From the NCBI RefSeq assembly GCF_009914755.1, contig NC_060926.1: 64,000 nt of DNA; one strand, written 5' to 3'. The translations under genes and the position numbers were made by a program. The notes under the pieces were generated by a model. The model saw nothing but the letters and a program-made list of their open reading frames with translations, searched no databases and was not told the origin of the DNA. Positions 54,437-64,000 of this stretch are shown piece by piece. Source of the DNA: the human T2T-CHM13v2.0 reference genome, Homo sapiens. The stretch's first letter is position 1. Every line of letters begins with the position of its first letter.

Positions 54437-55630
54437 GTTAAAAGCAAACTGAAGCCAGCTTCAAGGGACTCCTGCTGGCCAAACTGGGGACAATTTGAGC
54501 ATCAAAATAAATGACTGTAATGGATCTAAATACACTGACTAAAATCAGCAGCAATGAGTCCATACTGACATAACTAAGTATATAGGAAAACTGATTAGAA
54601 ACAGTATATTTACATAATTTCAAAGCTCTTCCCCCACAAGACATTTATTAATTATAATGGAGAAAAGAATAACTTTACAGTACAGATGACTGGTAGCTAC
54701 AACCTTAATTAAGTGATTACAGTGAACATTATCAGTTATTGGATAAATGAAAATTGCGTGCCACTTCATAGCATGCATTGGGAAGTTAGCATTACTTCTC
54801 TACCATTCCTCCAAAGATGCCTAACAGGAATTTAATTAGTGAAGAAACATCAGACAAACCAAAATTGAGGAACATGCTACAAAATAACTGGCCTGTAATC
54901 TTCAAGTGTCAAGGTCATGAAAGTGAAGAAAAGACTATTCTAGAAGTCACCAGGAGACTAATGAGACATGATGGCTGAAGAAAACAAGTGACTCTTTGCT
55001 ATTGATATGGTTTGGCTGTGTCCCTACCCAAATCTCATCTTGAAATGTAGTTCCCATAATCCCCATGGGAGGGTCTGGGTGGGAGGTAATTGAGACATAG
55101 AGGCAGTTATCCCCATGCTGTTCCTGTGATATTAAGGGAGTTCTCACAAGATCTGATGGTTTTTTAAGAGGCATTTCCCCCTTTACTCACTCTCACCCCC
55201 TTTACTCACTTTCCTGCCGCCCTGTGATGAAATGCCTTTCACCATGATTTTAAGTTTCCTGAGGCCTCCCAAGCCATGCAGAACTGTGAGTCAATTAAAC
55301 CTCTTTTCTTTATAAATTACTCAGTCTTGGATATTTCTTCATAGCAGCATGAGAACGGACTAATACAGCTATAAAGGACAATTGATAAAACTTGCATAGG
55401 GCCTGAGGGTTAAATGGTGGTTAACATAAACTTCAATGTTCATCTGATTTTGATGATTATTATTATGGTTATAGAGAATGATGTCCTTGTTTATAGGAAA
55501 TATACACCAAAGTATTCAGGGGTAACACGATATCAGATTAGCTCTCAAACAGTTCAGAAAAAAAAAATTTTGCATACCACTTGCATTTTTAAAATAAATT
55601 TTGACTATTTCAAAATAAAAAATTAACAAA
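54437..55630 (+). mobile_element. L1MC-like 3'UTR interrupted by a THE1 LTR
   Basis: GAAACATCAGACAAACCAAAATTGAGGAACATGCTACAAAATAACTGGCCTGTAATCTTCAA and GAGAATGATGTCCTTGTTTATAGGAAATATACAC. Confidence 0.75.
55003..55367 (+). mobile_element. THE1 (THE1B/C-like) solo LTR
   Basis: TGATATGGTTTGGCTGTG...GGACTAATACA with TG..CA ends and a perfect 5-bp TSD GCTAT (54998-55002, 55368-55372). Confidence 0.95.
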
Positions 55631-55968
55631 ATGGGGACTTCAGTTATAGAAGTTGCTTAAAGGGAGTTTCCATCCAATTCCCCCCAAAAAAGTTTTAAAA
55701 ATTATTGCCCTGAATTTGGGGTCCAAGATAACCGAATAGGAACAGCTCCAGTCTACAGCTCCCAGCGTGAGCAATGCAGAAGACAGGTGATTTCTGCATT
55801 TCCAACTGAGGTACCAGGTTCATCTCACTGGAACTTGCTGGAAACTAGGTGCAGCCCATGGAGTGTGAGCCAAAGCAGGGCAGGGCATCTCCTCACCCAG
55901 TAAGCACAAGGGGTCGGGGAATTCCCTTTCCTAGCCAAGGGATGCCGTGACAGACGGTACCTGGAAAA

Positions 55969-56151
55969 TCAGGCCACTCCCACCCTAGTACTGCCCTTTT
56001 CCAACAGTCTTAGCAAACAGCACACCAGGAGATTATATCCCATGCCTGGCTCAGAGGGTCCCACGCCCACGGAGCCTCGCTCACTGCTAGCACAGCAGTC
56101 CCAGATCGAACTGCAAGGCTGCAGCAAGGCTGGGGGAGGGGCATCCGCCAC
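55969..56151 (-). pseudogene. L1 ORF0 remnant (start codon ATG>GTG, premature stop at 60 aa)
   Basis: (M)ADAPPPALLQPCSSIWDCCASSERGSVGVGPSEPGMGY resembles primate L1 ORF0 (MAGAPPPASLPPCSLISDCCAS...). The start codon at 56151-56149 reads GTG. Confidence 0.8.
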
Positions 56152-56751
56152 TGCTGAGGCTTGAGTAGGTAAACAAAGCAGCTGGGAAGCTCAAACTGCG
56201 TGGAGCCCACCTCAGCTCAACAAGGCCTGCCTGCCTCTGTAGACTCCACATCTGGGGACAGGGCATAGCTGAACAAAAGGCAGCAGAAACTTCTGCAGAC
56301 TTAAACTTCCCTGTCTGACAGCTTTGAAGAGAGTAGTGGTTCTCCCAGCACAGAGTTTGAGATCTGAGAACCGACAGACTGCCTCCTCAAGTGGGTCCCT
56401 GACCCCCGAGTAACCTAACTAGGAGATACCTCCCAGTAGGGGCCGACTGACACCTTATACAGCCGGGTGGCCCTCTGAGACAAAGCTTCCAGAGGAAGGA
56501 TCAGGCAGCAACATTTGCCGTTCTACAATATTTGCTGTTCTGCAGCCTCCGCTGGTGATACCCAGGCAAACAGGGTCTGGAGTGGACCTCCAGCAAACTC
56601 CAACAGACCTGCAGCTGAGGGTCCTGAATGTTAGAAGGAAAACTAACGAACAGAAAGGAATAGCATCAACATCAACAAAAAGGACATCCACACCAAAACC
56701 TCATCTGTAGGTCACCATCATCAAAGACCAAAATTAGATAAAACCACAAAG

Positions 56752-57763
56752 ATGGGGAGAAACCAGAGCAGAAAAGCTGAAAATTCTAAAAATCAGAGCA
56801 CCTCTTCTCTTCCAAAGGAATGCAGCTCTTCGCCAGCAATGGAACAAGGCTGAACAGAGAATGACTTTGACAAGTTGACAGAAGTAGGCTTCAGAAGATC
56901 GGTAATAACAAACTTCTCTGAGCTAAAGGAGGATGCTCGAACACATCGCAAAGAAGCTAAAAACCTTGAAAAAAGATTAGAATGGCTAAGTAGAATAAAC
57001 AGCATAGAGAAGACCTTAAATGACCTGATGGAGCTGAAAACCATGGCAAGAGAACTATGTGACGCATGCACAAGCTTCAGTAGCTGATTGGATCAAGTGG
57101 AAGAAAGGTGACTGAAGATCAAATGAATGAAATGAAGCCAGAAGAGAAGTTTAGAGAAAAAAGAGTAAAAAGAAATGAACAAAGCCTCCAAGAAATATGG
57201 GACTATGTGAAAAGACCAAATCTACGTTTGATTGGTGTACCTGAAAGTGACGGGGAGAATGGAACCAAGTTGGAAAACACTCTACAGGATATTATCCAGG
57301 AGAACTTCCCCAACCTAGCAAGGCAGGCCACCATTCAATTCAGGAAATACAGAGAACCCCACAAAGGTACTCCTCAAGAAGAGCAACTCCAAGACATATA
57401 ATTGTCAGATTCACCAAGGGTGAAATGAAGGAAAAAAATGTTAAGGGCAGCCAGAAAGGTCCAGTTACCCACAAAGGGAACCCCATCAGACTAACAGCGG
57501 ATCTCTCAGGAGAAACTCTACAAACCAGAAGAGAGTGGGGGCAAATATTCAACATTCTTAAAGAAAAGAATTTTCTACCCAGAATTTCATATCCAGCCAA
57601 ACTAAGCTCCATAAGTGAAGGAGAAATAAAATCCTTTACAGACAAGCAAATGCTGAGAGATTTTGTCACCACCAGGCCTACCTTACAAGAGCTCCTGAAG
57701 GAAGCACTAAACATGGAAAGGAACAACCGGTACCAGCCACTGCAAAAACATACCAAATTGTAA
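56752..57763 (+). pseudogene. L1 ORF1p, disrupted
   Basis: Starts ATGGGGAGAAACCAG; fragments EIWDYVKRPNLRLIGVPE and PRISYPAKLS...LQKHTKL* lie in different frames. Confidence 0.93.
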
Positions 57764-57826
57764 AGACCATTGATGTTAGGAATAAACTGCATCAACTAAT
57801 GAGCAAAATAACCAGCTGACATCATA

Positions 57827-61655
<3,829 letters not shown>

Positions 61656-61909
61656 CAATGAGAACAGCTGGACACAGGAAGTGGAACATCACATACCGGG
61701 GCCTGTCATGGGGTGGGGGAAGGGGGAGGGAAAGCATTAGGAGAAATAACCTAATGTAAATGACAAGTTAATGGTTGCAGCACACCAACATGGCACATGT
61801 ATACATATGTAACAAACCTGCACATTGTGCATATGTACCCTAGAACTTAACAGTATTAAAAAAAAAAAAAAGATATCCTACCCTTTTAGGCCAAAAAAAA
61901 AAAAAAAAA

Positions 61910-62251
61910 GACAATTGGGAAAGGGGGACATTGACTGGATACTTGGATACTTGTTGATATTCAGAAATTATTGTTAATTTTGTGTGATGATATTGCAGTT
62001 ATGCTTTTTAAAAGAGGAGTTCCTGTATTGTAGAGATGCATCTTGTTGTATTTACAACTGGGAATAATGCAATGTCTTAGATTTGCTTCAAAATAATTTA
62101 GTAGTGTGGAAAGTGGGTGAGGGTACCAATGAAACAAAATTGACTCTGTACTGATCATTGTTGAAATTAGACAATGGGGACATCGGGACTTATTATGCTA
62201 GTCTCTTTATTTTTATGTATGTTTTTAATTTTTTATAATAACAAAGTTTAA
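61910..62251 (+). mobile_element. Old L1M 3'-terminal fragment lying inside the L1PA target-site duplication
   Basis: GATTTGCTTCAAAATAAT...GATCATTGTTGAA...TATGTTTTTAATTTTTTATAATAA. Confidence 0.7.
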
Positions 62252-62384
62252 AAAAATTATTGCCCTAGTCCTACACCTTGATAGAAAAGGAAATAACTAA
62301 ATGTGAACACATCAATGGAGATGGGACTTTTGGAACATAGATAAACTCAATAAACTCATTTGCTTGGACACTGGACATATCTAC

Positions 62385-62592
62385 TTAAAAAATAAAAGAA
62401 TTAGCTGGGTGTGGTAGTGTGTACCTATAGTCCTGGCTACCTGGGGAGGCTGAGATGGGAGGATCACTTTTGCCTAGGAGTTGGAGGCTACAGCGAGCTA
62501 TGATCATCAAGCCAGGGTGCTCCAGCCTTGGTAACAGAGTGAGACCCTGTCTCTTAAAAAAAAAAAAAAGGAAAGAAAGAAAAAGAAAGAAA
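62385..62592 (+). mobile_element. AluJ right arm or FRAM
   Basis: ATTAGCTGGGTGTGGTAG...CAGAGTGAGACCCTGTCTC plus an A-rich tail. Confidence 0.85.
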
Positions 62593-64000
62593 TACGAGCT
62601 GAACCATCAATGTTCTGGCAGACATTCCTTTTTAAGTCGGTGTTAATGAAAAATAATTACTCTTAATTTTCCAGTATCCAGAAATGTCAAAAACCTTCAA
62701 GCACCTAGAGTTCCTGTGCAACCGGAACTAGAGAACACCCAAAGCCTGAAATTTAATTGATTTATGAATAGCTAGACAGATATCAATCACTTTTCACACT
62801 CACAATGTACCACCTCTATGTGATATGATGAGTTGGTATTGCTACAATCTTAGTACTCATAATCACAGCACACAAAAGAAAAGCAAGTGAAAGTAAGGTA
62901 GAAAGAGAAGAATAAAAATGCCTAATCATCTTTGCTGTAGCATTCATAAACTTCTTCATTTTCTACAAGGGTGGGCTTCAAACTTTTGTAAGACAGGTAA
63001 CCCTTTGTTCAAATCTTACTTGGAAGCATATATACAATTTTTTTTTAAGTGGCTTATCAGTGGGAGCCAAGAAGACATTTTAAAAGCCAGTCCTCTAAAA
63101 CATATTTCCTGGGAGTGGCCAATGCCTTCATTAGCAAATGCAAATGCAAACTGGAAATAAATGCCAATGGTTACCAGTAATAACCTTAAAGGCAATAATT
63201 TAAAGTGTGTCCAGGAAAACACTTTACATGTAGATACAAGAATGAGCCATCTAAATGTGTTCAAAATAAAGGGTTATAGTGGGGACAGGCAATGAATGAG
63301 AATGAACAATTTCACTAAGAATTTTAAAATAACTTAGAAGTTAGCTTGAAACTTGATTCAGTTTAGAGCTGGATGGCATCTTAATACTGCCAAGGGGTTC
63401 CGGCAAGTAGGAATTAAAATATGATTTGTAAGTGAGGATTAGTTTCAGCTTTAAGAAAGAAACTCCCAAATGGCAATGGTTTAAACAAGATGGAAGTTTT
63501 ATTTCTCTCTCTTGTTAAAGCCATAGTAAGTGCTCCAGGGGAAAAAGGCCTTTATTTTTTGTGGTCATGTGCTCAGGAGATCACTCCACATTACCATCCC
63601 TACCTAGGGATTTATTCAATGTGTTTTCCTTCTTTCCAGCCACCCATCCATCCATTCTCTTAATCCTTCTGGAGTAGAGCTGGAACTGGCCACTTAGAGC
63701 GTTGACAGTTTATCAGAATACATCATGTTCTAGGAATTCCCAGGACAGTGACTCTTAACCAATATGCTGCAGCACACAAATGTGCCAAAACCGAGTGCTG
63801 CCCCATTTTGGCCAATGTATAAAACTGCTGATACCTGAGGAAAGTAAATCTGTCTCACATGTATAAGATAAAAACTGAGTAATCAGAATCATCCTAAAAA
63901 TCCTTTGAACTTTCAGGACCCGGGCCCTTGAAAGATCACAAGCTAAAAATGAACTTCTTTTATAATTCTTTGTATTTGGGCCACAACATCGTTTTCTATA

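Noticed and set aside
55265-55277. PRDM9 hotspot motif in the THE1 LTR
   Set aside because: Reads CCTCCCAAGCCAT, two mismatches from CCTCCCTNNCCAC.

Overview
This is primate, almost certainly human, genomic DNA containing the 3' ends of two convergent genes. Bases 1-29676 are the last intron of SGPP2 (+). Its terminal exon has coding sequence at 29677-30228 and a ~3.7 kb 3'UTR ending near an ATTAAA at 33937. The terminal coding exon of FARSB (-) is at 43216-43367, and everything from 43368 to the end is FARSB intron. These are the only two host coding exons I can support. The other recognisable ORFs come from repeats (Alu, Tigger1, L1, a VNTR) and the rest look like chance ORFs. I found no evidence of a new protein-coding system. 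The best unexplained structure is a ~272-bp, ~94% identical non-Alu inverted repeat (36317-36588 / 37819-38094) between the two gene ends, with an inward-facing AATAAA in each arm. Also notable are a full-length L1PA with an apparent serial 3' transduction, an MST LTR fragment that looks like an L1-made retrocopy, a MaLR LTR poly(A) signal placed to end a long FARSB 3'UTR, inverted Alu pairs in both 3' regions, and an L2-associated C-rich VNTR. Gene and repeat names come from my recall of the sequences, not from a search. Repeat boundaries are approximate unless a TSD or TIR is given.
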